Shown: positions 1 to 15,001 of the stretch, piece by piece | How positions within the stretch are numbered: position 1 is the first letter of the stretch | Layout: each line of letters starts with the position of its first letter | Source of the DNA: Piromyces finnis finn | Taxonomy: Eukaryota; Fungi; Neocallimastigomycota | Reading direction: 5' to 3' | DNA length: 64,000 nucleotides | Assembly (NCBI GenBank): GCA_002104945.1 | Contig: MCFH01000019.1 | Span: 434,001-498,000, forward strand | The notes under the pieces: model-generated | Told to the model about the DNA's origin: nothing | Databases searched by the model: none | Seen by the model: the letters and a program-made list of their open reading frames with translations, nothing else | Made by a program: the position numbers and the translations under genes

Positions 1-244
1 TATGGACATACAATTCCACATGGTTTATATAATTTTAATATATAATGACATTCAGCAAGACCGCTGTAAACAGCATTTAAGAATACTGACTCTCCGTAAG
101 AACAATGTAAATGGAATACTAATAAATTGAATTATAGAATAATTAATAATTTAGCAATTTTTTTTTAAAATTTAAAAATAATAATAAGCATTTAATATTC
201 ATCAAAAAAATAAATATATGAATATTAAAAATACTATAATTATA

Positions 245-286
<42 letters not shown>

Positions 287-1922
287 GAATAAAAACTTAC
301 AAATACGAGTTTGGTATCCTTTCCATAAAGCTTGAATTTTTGTTGCCGCTTTATTTCTTGTATCAATTTTAATTGCTCTAATTTTTCTAGCTTGATAATC
401 TTTCCATGCCTTTTGTATTTTATATACACTACTTAATACTATTAATGCTTGTCTATAAAAATTTTTTTAAAAAAAAAAAAGAAAGAAAGAAAAATTATTA
501 GTGTAACTTAAAAATTAATTTTTGAAAAGTAGTAATAAAATTCTGACCTTTTCTTTATCATTGTATTTCCTAATTCCTTTAATTCTGTTAATAAAGCAGG
601 TTTAATAAGCTTACGAAGATGATAACCTTTTAAAAAAATATAATGAAAAAAGAAAAAAAGATCATTATAATATTATTTTATTTTAGTATCAATTAATTAT
701 TTTTTTGGTTAATATTATAAAATATTATTTTAAATTGCTCATTTGTTTTTTAAAATATATATATATATATAAATGAAATATTACCTTTCCAATATTTTTG
801 AATAACAATAGCTGATTCAATTTTCTAATATGGATAAATAGTACATTACATTAAAAGTAATTTATTAATACTTAATAGGTACTAGATAATTATTAAAAAT
901 GATAATATTATTACCTTTTGTAGTTTTCTTTGTTCAAGAATAGCTTCATATTTAGCCTTCCACCATGTAGAAATAACTTCAACAGCGTTATTAATATCTA
1001 TAGAAAAAAAAAGTAAATATAATATAAAATATGTAGTATAAATAAAATAAAATTAACATAGAATTTAAAAAAAAAATAATAAATTAAAAATAATAGTTTT
1101 GATGATAATTTTTGTTTTTGTTTTTTTTTTTTTTTATTTTTTACCTTCAATTTTTCTGTTAAACATTTGAGCAATTTCACTATTATGGTATAATGTCCAG
1201 CATTTATATTTTGTTTGAATAATTTGAGCAGCTCTATTCAAATCAGCAATAGGTTTATTATATATACATTGGAAAAGTTTTGCCTTAATATACAGTGTTT
1301 TTCTCCAATTTCTTTGAATAATAAGAGCAGCATTATCTTTAATTTTGCTTTGTCTTTCCATTTTATTTCTATACATTCTTTGAATAACAATAGCAGCATT
1401 ATTGTATCTTCTTCTGATTTCATTACGCATTCTCTTACCAATATATCTTCTCCATGCTATAATAAATAATTATTTTTTTAAAAAAAGAAAAAAATAGTTA
1501 ATTAAATGTATAATATAATAATATATGTATTTAAAAAATTAAATAAATATATATTAAAACTTTACCTCTTTGAATTTTAATACATGCGAAAACACGACAA
1601 TAAGCATTTGGAGGAAATTGCGAAAAACTTTTTTGTTGACTATTAACTAATGAATCATTGAACGAATTCTTCTCATAATCCTATTTTTTTTTCAATCAAC
1701 AATATTAACAAAATATAATTTAATTCACATGATGTAAAAAAAATTATAACAGTAATACTAATATTTTATTAAATTTACCTCAAATAATTTTTTCTCTTCT
1801 TCTGGAAGATTTTTTTCACTATCAAGGAAATTAGGCCTTAAAATAAAAGTGTTGTCAAATTTCTTATCTTTTAAAAGTTAAAAAAAAATAGTATAATAGT
1901 ATTAAATAGATAGTCAATTAGG

Positions 1923-1969
<47 letters not shown>

Positions 1970-4925
1970 CATTTTATACATTTGATTAATATACATACTG
2001 TTTGTCACAATTACTGAATTTTGTACATCATTTATGGAAGATGCTGATACATTATTTGAAAATGGTTCACTTCCAAAATTTACGTTAATAGAAGGATTTT
2101 CATAGTAAATATCATTAATTTTTGAAATGTTTAAGGCAATTACTGGAATACAATGACCACTTTTTATATAATCTCCTTGAATTTTTTGATCATCTTCTGA
2201 AAAAAAGGTTGAACCGTATCCAAAAGCAATTTTTTTATCTTTTGTATTATACTCCATGGATATAGTACCTTTATATATATCAATTAAAAATCCCCATATT
2301 TTATACTCGATTTTTCCAGATTTATCAGTTTTATTTAATTCAGGTTCATAACTTTAATAATAAATATATATATAGTAAATACAAAAAAAAAAAAAGTAAT
2401 AGAAAAAAATTATATATATATATATTTAATATATTTTTTCTTCATATTCTATAGATATAAATTTAAAATTAATATAATTAAAAATATCTAATATTTCTTA
2501 CTTTTTTTTGATGTTATTCCAATATATATAACCTTCATTATCAAAACCAAAGGAATATTCATCCATACCTGGATAATAATCTTGATTACGATGTTTAGCC
2601 ATATCATGTATATAATATCCTAGAGGAAGTTGATAGATTTAAAAACATTGAATATGGTTTAATTCTATTTAGTAATAATACTATGAATTAAATTTTTTAT
2701 ATTCATTCTTTATGTTTGTATAATATACAATAGATATTTATAATAATGAATATTTATAATAATAAATATTTATTTTGGAATTACCAATTCTCCATAGTAC
2801 ATTATTTGTAGCATTAACTTCAAAATAAAATTTCATTTCACGTTCAACTTTTCTAATAATTTGAGACATAATATAGATAGTAGTATCAACCGTAAATGTA
2901 TTGATTTCTTCATGAATAATTGGAATAACTAATTTATAGCCTAATGCTAATAAACGTTTTTTAAGGATGGTTGCTGCACTCAATGGATATGTTAACAACA
3001 AATTTTGAAGTTGGTGTGAAGGATGAGCTAAATCCAATACTTGAGCCATAATATTATTGCACATAAATTCTTTTCCATTTGCTTGCATTGATTTTAAATC
3101 ATTATATACTTTGTTTAAAATGTCTAATTCTATGGGTCGTGATAATAGTCTAACTTTCCATGGTCCTTCCGTAGCATAGATGGCTTTCCATGGGAAAAAG
3201 AATGTTGACTCCTTTTTCTGACTTTCATTAATATTCAATTCACTTTCTGAACTTTTATTACTATCATTTTCAGTATCCTTATTTTCATTATCTTTTTGTA
3301 AATGTTCCAAATCCAATACTTCAATATCTTTTTTTTTCGTAACAGCAGGTTTTTTTTTAAGTTTATGTTCTAAATAATGAATATAACTTTTATCCTTTGT
3401 TTTTATTTTTTTCCTTTTTTCATTCTTTTCTTTATCTATGTCTTCTCCTTCCTGATAATTTTTCATTTTGTCTTGAGAAGCGTATTCCTCATCTTCTATT
3501 TCGTCATCATTTTCTTCAATAGGATCATAATTTTCTTTTATATAATGCTCTGTTTTTTTAAATTTTTCATCAAATTTCTTTACAATTTCATCACATGTAA
3601 TGGATTTTCTTTTATGTTCCAAATAATTATTAAATTTTGTGGCGTTATCATATTCCTCATTAATTTCAAAATCTTCTAATGATTTTGCATGTTCTTCAAT
3701 TAATTGAAGAATATTATCTCTTTCATTTTCATTAATTTCAATTTGATTTCTATCTGAATTAAGAGATAAATATTTACATCTTGTATTGTCTAAATATACC
3801 TTTATATATAATTCATTATTTTTTTCGAAAGAATGACAATTATTATCATTTCATTTATTTTAATAGAATAATTTTATTAGTAATTATTTTATTATAATTT
3901 TTTATATAATAAAACAATTATTTACCCTTGGTTGGAAATATATTTGTAAATCATCAGTTTCTAAATATTCTGATTTAATACCATCAAAACACAATATTGT
4001 TTGTTGTGTTTTATTAAACCTTTTAATTTTGTTTAACATAGATTCCGATAACATATCACCAAATCTAGTAATCATACTATACCTTTTTTTTTATTGTATC
4101 AAAATTAATATTTAAAATATTAAAATAATGGATAATCAAATACAAATTTATATTTTATACCCTGAAGAAAATATATTTTGTGATTCTACTTTTTGAGTGA
4201 TTCGTCTTTTCATTATAAATTCCAAAAAATTATCCTTATGTTGCTCCAAAATATTATATAAAGCTTTATAAAATATTTATTTTATATAAATATTTAAAAA
4301 AATATATATATATATATATATATTATGTTATTTTTGAAATTTCTTATTCCAATTGTAAACATCTCTATTATCCTTTATATATTTAATTAAAACATTACTT
4401 TTTTCATTATCTATTTTTTCCTTATAAATGTTTTTTATAATATTCTTTCTAACTGTTATATTTGTAATACCCATTAAAGCTTCCATTTTTAATTGATCAA
4501 GTTCTATTTCTTTATTTGTTGACTCAATTAAATTCTTTATGTCAAGAAATCAAACGAACAAATGTTATTTAATATAATCATTATAAATTAATTAAAATAC
4601 AATTATATTTTTTTATACTAAAATATATTAAAAAAAATAGAAAAAAGAATGATCTATAGATAAAATTACATTAACATGAGCTAAATCTTTCATCTCTTGA
4701 TATGCCATCAATTTTCGATGATGGGTAGATAGTTTTCGTATCTTCATGCATACTTCATGTACTGTATTTAAATCTTTAGTAAGATTTTTATTTGCCCCGA
4801 ACCTTTTTTTTTTTTTTAATGAATATATATTTAATTTATAACAATTTAATTCACACACTTTAACTAAAATAAGATAAATAATATCTATTATTACAAACTC
4901 TATACCCTTTTTCTGTTGTATTCAT
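1..4925 (-). CDS. Multi-exon SPRY-domain protein with IQ-like calmodulin-binding motifs; 3' end runs off the window
   Basis: Probable ATG at 4925 (MNTTEKG) splices in frame to FGANKNLTK... SPRY-type motifs occur in successive exons: FYFEVNATNNVLWRIG (ORF 2738-3622), GMDEYSFGFDNEG (~2520-2620) and WGFLIDIYKGTISMEYN...IAF (~2200-2310). IQ-like repeats (IVIQRMYR, IIQRNWR, IIQTKYK) lie in 1134-1430. An open frame continues to position 1. Exon boundaries are only partly worked out. Confidence 0.7.
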
Positions 4926-6008
4926 TTTGGATTTATATCTAGTTTTATTTCAATAAATTAAAAATATATAACATATAGCATAGGATAACTATAAAAAAGG
5001 GTTTTTTCAATTTAATAGATAATAAAAGGTAAGATAATATTTACTATAACTACAATGAGCAATATAAATTATAGATGAATATACAGTAGTATATAACGAA
5101 CTTTGATATTATTTCATTTTTTTAAATATTAATAATGATTAATATTACTATCGATACAATAATAATAAATATGAAAATTATATAAAATATAGTTTGATTT
5201 TTTATTTTGGCGATTTTTATTTGATAACATATTTATTATGTATAATCTTGAAAAGTTAAATTAGTAAAAAATCTTTATAAAAATTTTTTCTTTTAAATGA
5301 TATTATACAATATATAGTACAGTTTTTTTTTTTTTTAAAAAAAAGTGCTATTTAGTTTTATAAATATAAATAGATATTTTTAATAATAGTAATAATAAAT
5401 GTATAGAAAATTTATTAGATAATAATATTAAAAAATACTCTTAAAATATAATTGTCATAGAGTGAACATATTTTTCATTTTTTAGACAAAAAAAACTAAC
5501 ACTTAAAAAAAGAAAAAATATTTATAATAAAAGATTAGATTAATAATTTATATTATATTTAACCTTTACTAAAAAATTCAAAGAAAAAATATTTAAAAAT
5601 TTTAAAGGTTACAATTAATAGTACACAATTAATACATACATAAACTATTATATATGACTATTTTTATTAAATTTTTATATTATATCTACTTTATTTTAAA
5701 AACCATTTATTATGATATATATTTTTACATTAAAGAAAATAGAGTTATTTTGAAAAATTGCATAAAACTTTTTTTTTTTTGGTGTTTATGTAACAGCTTA
5801 TGAGTATGACACATTATTTAACAATTTCTTCATATATATAATATTACAATTAAAGAATATATTAGACAGTTATTTGCAATACTGGATATTAGTAAAATTA
5901 TAAAATTAAGCATTGAAATTGTATAATTTGTAGGTTCTTTTAATACAAAAATAAAATATTTATTTTTTTTTCTTTCATAATATAAACATTTATTAGAAAA
6001 AAAGTAAA

Positions 6009-6089
<81 letters not shown>

Positions 6090-7776
6090 TATATTTCTCC
6101 AAAATAATATAATAGTAATTATTGCTGAACAAAATATTATTCATAATAGAATGTACAACAGAATAAATAAAGATGACTACCATAATACTATTTCAAGTTT
6201 TATTAATATAAATTATATTACAAATATATATTTTAAATATATTATATACATAATACAGAGTTTTATAATATAATAGAAAAAGAAATGGAGTGCATTTCGG
6301 AATGCCATTAATGAATATTAATTTTAATTTATAAAACTACTTTTGAGAAATGTTTAAATTTTAATATATACAAAAAAGGTACATATTAAATAATATATGT
6401 ATTTAAAATAAATTATTCCTATAAAATATTTATGGTAATTTTTTAAAAATTTAACATGCGTTTTGATGTTTTTTTTTATATCATGTGATATATTAACATG
6501 TGCCCATTTCAAACTCCTTCATAAGTTTTTTTTTTTTAAAGTAATTTGGTATGTTCATTATAAATGAAAAAATATATATAATACATTCTAATTATTTCAT
6601 TTTAAAAAGTAATATATATGCTTATTTATGTATATAAAATTAATAAAATATAAAATTTAATTATCACGATTATAATTAAATTATAATTTTAAAATAGTCT
6701 AATAGCATTAGGATTAATATATTTATTCCTTATAAATAATAATAAGTAAAGAGTAATATATTCATTTCCTGTAAATATAAGTGAGAAATGATCATAAGTC
6801 AATTTTTATATACCATTATAATTTTAATATATATTTTAATTTAATTCCTTATTTTTTTTTATTTCTTTATTAATAACAATTTTAAATGTAATAAATATAT
6901 TATGAATATAGTTTAATATATTTTTAAAGAAAAAAAGACTTTATTACTTTAAAAATATATAATATTTACATATTAAAACTTTAAAAACCACTTTAAATTA
7001 AGAAATAATGAAGAAAATTATACATTAAAAGCTATTTTTTTTTATTTTAATATGTTTTTTATTAAAGGTCTACGTGTCTAAATATAAATTATTTATTTTG
7101 ATAAAATTTTTACTATCTTAAATAACCATGAATAGATAATGAATAATTGATAGGTACAATTACTATTTTTATTATGATAAACAAATATAATTATTATAAC
7201 TATATTAGAGTAATGCAAAAAAAAAAAGCAAATTCTATATATGCTTTTTGTTTAATTAATTTTCTTTTCATTAACTTTAATTTTTTTTTATCTAATTGAT
7301 TTATTATTAAGTATTTTTTTTTTTAAAAAAAAATTTAAAGAATCTTAATTAAAATTTAGCTTTAATATGGCTATTTTATTCAAAAAAAAAAAAAAAAAAA
7401 AACTAATTTTTAATAAAATTAAACAATTTATAATTTTCTTTCAACCTTAATTTCTTATTATTATCTAAAAAAAATATTTATTATTAAAATTTAATTATGA
7501 AACAAATACTCAAATTAAGAAAAGGCTAAATGGCTCAATATTATTTAAAAACAAACAAACAAACATATTATACTTGCAGCTCTATTTTTAAAATAACCAT
7601 AATTAAAAATAATATACTGTTTAATTCTATTAGTTTATATTTCCTTTTTTAATTTTGTATTCTTCAATTTAGCATTTTTTTTGTTTACTTTATAATTATT
7701 TCTTTTATAAAATAACTTTAATTTTTTTTAAAAATTATTGATAAATTATAATTTAAATAAAGTTAATAATCTCTTA

Positions 7777-7892
7777 TTTTATTACAATATATTCTAATAT
7801 GTCATTTTTTCACTTGTTTTATTACAATATATTTTAGTATGTCATTTTTTCACTTGTTTTATTACAATATATTCTAATATATCATTTTTTCA
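7777..7892. repeat. 40-bp tandem repeat, ~3 copies
   Basis: Unit TTTTATTACAATATATTCTAATATGTCATTTTTTCACTTG repeated with few mismatches. Confidence 0.85.
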
Positions 7893-10800
7893 ACAAGTAG
7901 ATTATTATTAATAGAATTGATGCTTAAAGATTAACTTCTTTTGATAAAATTCATTGGAATGTATTAATAATATATTTAGATAATTGAATTGAATAATAAT
8001 ATAATAATATTATTTTCCAATAAAATAGTTGAAATTAAATGAACATTTTTTAATTAAATTTAATTTGTTAAAAAAATGTATGATACATCATTACGTCAAA
8101 TGAACTAATACATTAAATTTTAATTTCTGTATCTGCATCTTTATCGTACATAAATTGGTATTAATTTAAAGTTTATTAGATTTCTTTTATTGTCTAGCAT
8201 TTCTAATAATTATAATTATTAGAATTAGTTTTAAAAATGATAAACAATAATAGTTTCATTAACCATTACTATCACATATTATCTATATTATAATCTATAA
8301 TAATGTTATTATTTTTATTGTTATTTTTATCATTTTTAAAAATTTTCCCGTAATACCATTTTCTGTTTTATTAAATTTTAAAAAAGTAATAAATTATAAT
8401 GGCGGTAGTAACCACATTAACAATAACAATAACTAAACTATAAAGCAACAATTTATATTAGTACATGAACTAATTAAAATAATAAAATTATATTACTTAT
8501 TAATTTAGCGTAATTAATTAACTAAAAATAGAATTAAAATTTAATAATTAAATTTTAAAAAACAAACAAACAAACTAAAAATATAATAAATTAAATTAGA
8601 TTTTTTGACTAATATAATAGCATATACATTCTTTATTGCTTTTATACTTTAATTTTAGTTTATTTTATTAAATCTTTCCTTACTTTAAATGAAATAACAA
8701 TATTACTTTTACCACAATTAAATTTATTTTTGATGTGTTTTTTATTTTGGACCTTAATGAATTTATAAATCTTAAAAAATAAGAGTAAATTTCAATTATC
8801 AATTAAAAGTCCATATAAATTATTTTTTTTAAATTAAACTTTTATTTTTTTGAAAAATAGTATATATTATTATATATTAAAGGTATATAATTTTAAAAGT
8901 AAACTGTTTAATCAAACTTTTTATAAATGAATTGTTAAAACTTTTACAACAATTTTTAATTTGTGTTTAATTCGTTAATAACATATATAAACAAATTATT
9001 TCATCCTCTTTTTTTTTTTCTTCAAACCAAAGGTAGTTAAGGAAAAAAAACTTTTAATATAAAAGTTGTAAAATAAAAAAAAAATAAAGAAAAAAAATTG
9101 TAAAATAATTTAGTAATAAAATCTTAAAAAGATTAAATAAAAAGTCAAATAAAAAATAAGTATGTAATTGTTATTTTTAAAAATTAATAAAAAAAGATAA
9201 TATTTTAATTGTATTATATAAAAGATAACTATGATTTAGAGAAAATTATGATAATAATAAAAATATAAAATTAGTAATACAAATAGTATTTATATCTTTT
9301 TTTAACTATTCTCTTTAAAATATTTATAGAAATAGTATAGTTTAAATGAATATTTTAAATATAAAGTAGTATATTGTATAAATATAGTAAAAACTTAAAA
9401 TTCCTCAATATTTATAAAAGATAGAATATATTTTATTTTTTTTTTTCACTACACTTTGCAAATATTAAAATATAATAATAGAATATTTTCTAATAAAACT
9501 TTTCTATTTTTTATAAAATTATAGATTTTAATAGGCTATAAATATTTTTTTTTATAATTTTGAAACTATATATATATAAAATTAATACAAGGTAATTATT
9601 ATCATTTAAATATATTTAAAGAATAAAAGCAACAATAACAAAAAAAAAAGTTAGTCAGCTCTATACAATAATGTTTTTTTTAAAGATATGAATAATATTA
9701 TTTTAGATTGATAAATAATAATATTAATAATAATAGTAAGCGCTGGTAGTCATAAAAAAAAGTGCCATTTGATTAGATAAAAAAAAATTGAATAAAATAT
9801 TAATAATTAAAGTTACAAGATTATTAAATAAAGTCATGTGAAATATAATACAGAATAATTATTAAATGTTTGAAAAAATAAATTAAATAAAAAAAAAAAA
9901 ACATTTTTAATTAATTCATATTTGATATTTGATAGTATCATCAAACATTCAACATTTTGATAAAACTTTTAAAGTCAACAATATTGATATAATAAAAATA
10001 AAATAGAAATTTTATGAAGTATTTTTTATTAAGAATGGTTAAGAATGTTTCCTTTTTTTTTTTTCCTATTATATTAAAAAAGTGAATTTAAGATAATAAA
10101 GTTTATTAAATTAAAAATAAAAGTCAATATATATTAGAATATAATACTTTATAAAGTAATTCTAATACAAGTTTATTTTAAAAATTAATTTAAAAATAAT
10201 CAAAACAAAACTAAAACAAAAAAGTAAACTAGATAAATTATATAATAATACGTAATGTATGGAAACGTATATTATCTTAGTATTGTATTAGATAGTGAAT
10301 AAATAATAAAAAAAAAAGTAAAGGAGAGTGTTAATAAAGAAATATATTATTAAAACACTACACCAAAATAAGTAAACATATAAAATAATAAAAAATAAAC
10401 AATGATTTGAACGTGATAAAAAAATAATAGATGTATTAGAAAAGAAATAATAAGCAAAATAATTATAAAAAAAAATAAAAATTGTTTACATTAAGGAAAT
10501 TAAAAAGTGAAACGTTTTATAAACAAAAACGGTGACAACAATAAAAAAAAAAAAGAAAAGTTAGATATAAATATTAAAAATAAAATAGTAGATAGAGAGC
10601 AGTACTATTCATTAAATTGAAGAGTAGTTATATCATATCTATAAATATATAGTTATATATGTATAACTATGTTTTATTAAATGTACCATCCTTTTTTTAA
10701 TAAAAAAGTTATAATGGCAGAAATTTAATTATATATACAAGTAATGTTAAAAAGATAAAATTTAAAAAAGAATATCATTCAATATGTAATATTTTTTAAT

Positions 10801-11516
10801 AGTTAAATTTAATCGATGTCCTTAAAATATATAGAGTAAATGGAATTAAAATAGAATAATTATATATGGCGTCAGTATATTATGAAAATAAAAAATAATA
10901 TTAAAAGTTTAATAAGTTTAAATGAACATTCAATACCATTTTTTTTTTTTTTTGTATTGAATATAAAATAAGAATGTAAAAAAAAAAAAAAGATAATCAT
11001 ATATTATTTAATATAATTAAAAAGATAATTAATTAATATATAGTGGATCATATATCAAGAGTATAATCAAATTAAATTGAAAAATTAATATTATACATCA
11101 ATGTATTGCAATATATTATATTAATATACAGAAAATTAATTTAAGAATTTAAAGATTAAAATTAAAAAAATAAAGAAAAGAAATGAAAAAATAATTTATA
11201 AATTTTAAAAAAAAAAAAAATATATAAAAGGCACAAAATAGGCTGTAATTTTTAATTTTTTTTCTTTATTCTTAAAAATTTATTTTTTTTAAGTAATAAA
11301 AGAAAGAAATAAGAATCCAAAGAAATTACATTAACGACATTAAAATATATTGGGAAATAATATATATATAATAATAAACAAAAAGCAATATATAATAAAA
11401 GAAAACATTATTGTATATAGTTATTAGGAAAAAACAAATAAGCAAACATAAAATATCAATTAAATAGCAAATAATTTATATATATTAAAAATTTTTATAA
11501 TATTTAAATAAAAAAG

Positions 11517-14218
11517 ATGCTTCCATACATGAACAACAAGGACGACCATCACAGAAGATGTGCTACTGGTATTCTTCCACATCAACAACCAAGATGGCTC
11601 CCACCACCAGAAACCCTTCACCTCTGGAAGGAATTTGAAACCCCAGAACCAGCTGGTAAATATATATATATATTTTAATTAGGCCTTTTTTTAATATAAA
11701 TAAATTAAATTTAAATATTGATAAAATATGTATTATATTAATAATTTAAATTAAATATTTCATATAATTAATAGAAATTAAGGCTATTCAAAAGTCTTTC
11801 TTAAGACATGTTACTAAGACTTTTGCTAGAACTGCTTTCAACATGGATAACTTTGGTAGTTACCAAGGTACTGCTTACAGTTTACGTGATCGCCTTATCG
11901 ACAAATGGAATATTACCCAACAACACCACACTAGAGAAGATCCAAAGCGTGTTTACTATCTTTCCCTTGAATTCCTTCTTGGTCGTTCTCTTGATTCCTG
12001 CCTTTTAAGTTTAGGTGTTAAGGATATTTACAAGAAGGCTCTTGATGAATTAGGTTTCCGTCTTGAAGACCTTATTGGTGAAGAAGTTGATGCTGCCTTA
12101 GGTAACGGTGGTTTAGGTCGTTTAGCCGCCTGTTACATGGATTCTTTAGCTACCCTTGATTACCCAGCTTGGGGTTATGGTATCAGATACAACTACGGTA
12201 TCTTCAAGCAACTTATTGTTGATGGTTACCAAACTGAATTCCCAGATTACTGGTTGAATTTCGGTAATCCATGGGAAATTGAAAGATTAGATGTTTCCTA
12301 TGAAGTTCGTTTCCGTGGTTACGTTAACAAGGTTACTGAAGAAGATGGTACTATTTCCTACGTTTGGGAAGGTGGTGAAAAGGTTGTTGCCGTTGCTTAC
12401 GATGTTCCAATTCCAGGTTATGGTACTATGAACACCATTAACATTCGTTTATGGAGTGCTAAGCCAGCCAGAGAATTCGATTTCGCTATGTTCAATGATG
12501 GTAACTACGAAAAGGCTGTTGAAGAACAAAAGTCCGCTGAAAACATCACTTCTGTTCTTTATCCAAATGATAACCACATGGTTGGTAAGATTTTACGTTT
12601 GAAGCAACAATACTTCTTCGTTTGTGCTACCTTACAAGATGCTATTCGTCGTTTCAAGAAGACCAACCGTCCATGGTCTGACTTCCCATACCAAGTTTCT
12701 ATCCAACTTAACGATACTCACCCAACTCTTGGTATTCCAGAATTACAACGTATTTTAATTGATGAAGAAGGTCTCTCATGGGATGATGCTTGGGATATTG
12801 TTACCAAGACCTTCTCCTTCACTAACCACACCGTCTTACCAGAAGCCTTAGAACGTTGGGCTGTTCCATTAATTCAAGACTTACTTCCACGTCACATGAT
12901 GATTATCTTCGATATTAACCTCTTCTTCCTCCAAAAGGTCGAAAAGAAATTCCCAGGTGATCGTGACCGTCTCAGACGTATGTCTATCATTGAAGAAGGT
13001 CACCCACAAAACGTTCGTATGGCCTTCCTTGCCATCGTTGGTTCTCACACTGTTAATGGTGTCGCTGCCCTTCACTCTAACCTTATTAAGAACGATATCT
13101 TCCCAGATTTCGTTGAATTCTACGAAGGTAACAAGTTCACTAACGTTACTAATGGTATTACTCCACGTAGATGGCTCCACCAATGTAACCCAGCTCTTAG
13201 TGACTTCATTACTCAAAAGTTAGGTAGTGACAGTTGGGTTAAGGATCTTGAACAACTTAAGAAGTTAAAGGAATTCGCTGATGATGCTGCAGTCCAAAAG
13301 CAATGGATGGCTATTAAGCGTCAAAACAAGGTTCGTTTAGCCGATTACATTCATTCTATCACTTCTATTCAAGTTTCTCCAGATTCCCTCTTCGATATTC
13401 AAGTTAAGCGTATCCACGAATACAAGCGTCAATTCATGAACATTCTTGGTGTTATTCACCGTTACCTCAGACTTAAGAAGTTAACTCCAGAACAAAGAGC
13501 TAAGGAAGTTCCACGTTTAGTTGTTTTCGCTGGTAAGTCTGCTCCAGGTTACTTCATTGCCAAGTTAGTTATTAAGTTAATTAACTCTGTTGGTGAAGTT
13601 GTTAACAACGATCCAGAAATCGGTGATATCTTAAAGGTTGTTTTCATTCCAAACTACAACGTTTCTTTAGCTGAAATTATTATTCCAGCTAGTGATATTT
13701 CTCAACACATTTCTACTGCCGGTACTGAAGCTTCTGGTACTTCTAACATGAAGTTTGTCCTTAACGGTGGTATCATTCTTGGTACTGTTGATGGTGCTAA
13801 CATTGAAATTGGTGAAGAAATTGGTGAAGACAACATCTTCTTCTTTGGTGTTAAGGCCGATGAAGTTGAAGATATTCGTCACTTAAACCGTTACAGAAAG
13901 ATTGAAATGGACCCAGATCTCCGCAATGTCTTAGATGCCATTGAAAGAGGTACTTTCGGTGATCCAAAGATCTTCGAACCATTAGTTGCTACTTTAACTG
14001 TTGGTGGTGATTACTACTTAATCAGCAAGGACTTTGCCTCTTACATTGAAGCTCAAGCTGATTCTGATGAAGCTTACAAGGACAAGGTCGGATGGGCTAA
14101 GAAGTCTATTTTATGTACTGCTGGTATGTCTAAGTTCAGTAGTGACCGTTCTATTAACGAATACGCTGAAAGAATTTGGAAGATTAAGCCATGCACTGTT
14201 CCAGCTACATTAAACTAA
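11517..14218 (+). CDS. GPH1: Glycogen phosphorylase, 2 exons (11517-11655, 11775-14218)
   Basis: Motifs [55 protein letters not shown] (PLP lysine) and DGANIE. The GT-AG intron 11656-11774 joins [18 protein letters not shown]... in frame to the ORF. Strong high-expression codon bias. Confidence 0.97.
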
Positions 14219-14875
14219 ATATCATAAATTAACTCTTTATACCATACGAATACCAAATTTATAAATTACGACAACTCTAACTACCTTTTTTTTAATTTTT
14301 TTTTAATTTTATATATATAAATTTATCCCAATATATTATAGTACAAAATTTACCATAATTTAATTATAATATAAATTCCACCCAAAAATTATAAAATAAA
14401 ATATTTTTTTTTATTTATTTGCGAAATGGTTATAAAACGATAAAAAAAGCAAAATACCAAAAAAAAAGGAAAAAAAAATATAAAAAATTTGTAAAATAAT
14501 TTATATAAATGAATAATTTTTAAAATGCAAAAAAAAAAAAAAATGGACAAATTTTACCAAATAGTAAAATAAAAAAAAATATAAAATATATAAAAAAAAA
14601 AGTTATTGTGTATAAGATTAATAAAATTTAATTTTTTATTAATTTTTAGTGTATATTTATCTATTATTTATTAAAAATATATTATGAAGAGGTATTTAAA
14701 ATGAAAAGGGTGGAAAGTATGTGTAGGTAAAATGTGATGAAATTTTAATTATTATAAAAATTATAAAATATATTAGAATGAGTTATAAAAAAGTGAGTGT
14801 AGTATAGATGTTGATTATATAGAATAGAGATTAAGTAAATTAAACTAGGTACTTGTGAAGTATTCTCTAAAATTT

Positions 14876-14962
14876 CATTGAAAGTCAATTACGATTATTA
14901 TACTTTAATAGAATCACACAGTACAAATTGCAGAGTTCATTGAACTTTTATGCAATTTAAAT
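14876..14962 (+). mobile_element. Remnant 3' end of a LINE (element D)
   Basis: 14876-14910 resembles the 3'UTR motif of LINE A (17334-17368). 14915-14948 is identical to the 3' terminus of LINE C (20691-20724). Confidence 0.55.
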
Positions 14963-15001
14963 AATTATTTTATATTTATCCTTTGGTTTGCTTTTGGGTT
15001 T

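Noticed and set aside
7777-7892. CRISPR-like array
   Set aside because: The units are contiguous with no unique spacers, and the context is eukaryotic with no cas genes.
11221-11230. TATATAAAAG as the phosphorylase TATA box
   Set aside because: Plausible, ~295 bp upstream of the ATG, but such strings are too common at this AT content to support without TSS data.
5000-11500. 6.5-kb gene-free interval searched for hidden genes or RNAs
   Set aside because: Only low-complexity AT sequence and one minisatellite were found. No coding-like or structured signal.
11808-13882. Small ORFs overlapping glycogen phosphorylase
   Set aside because: These are shadow frames produced by biased codon usage in a strongly supported gene.
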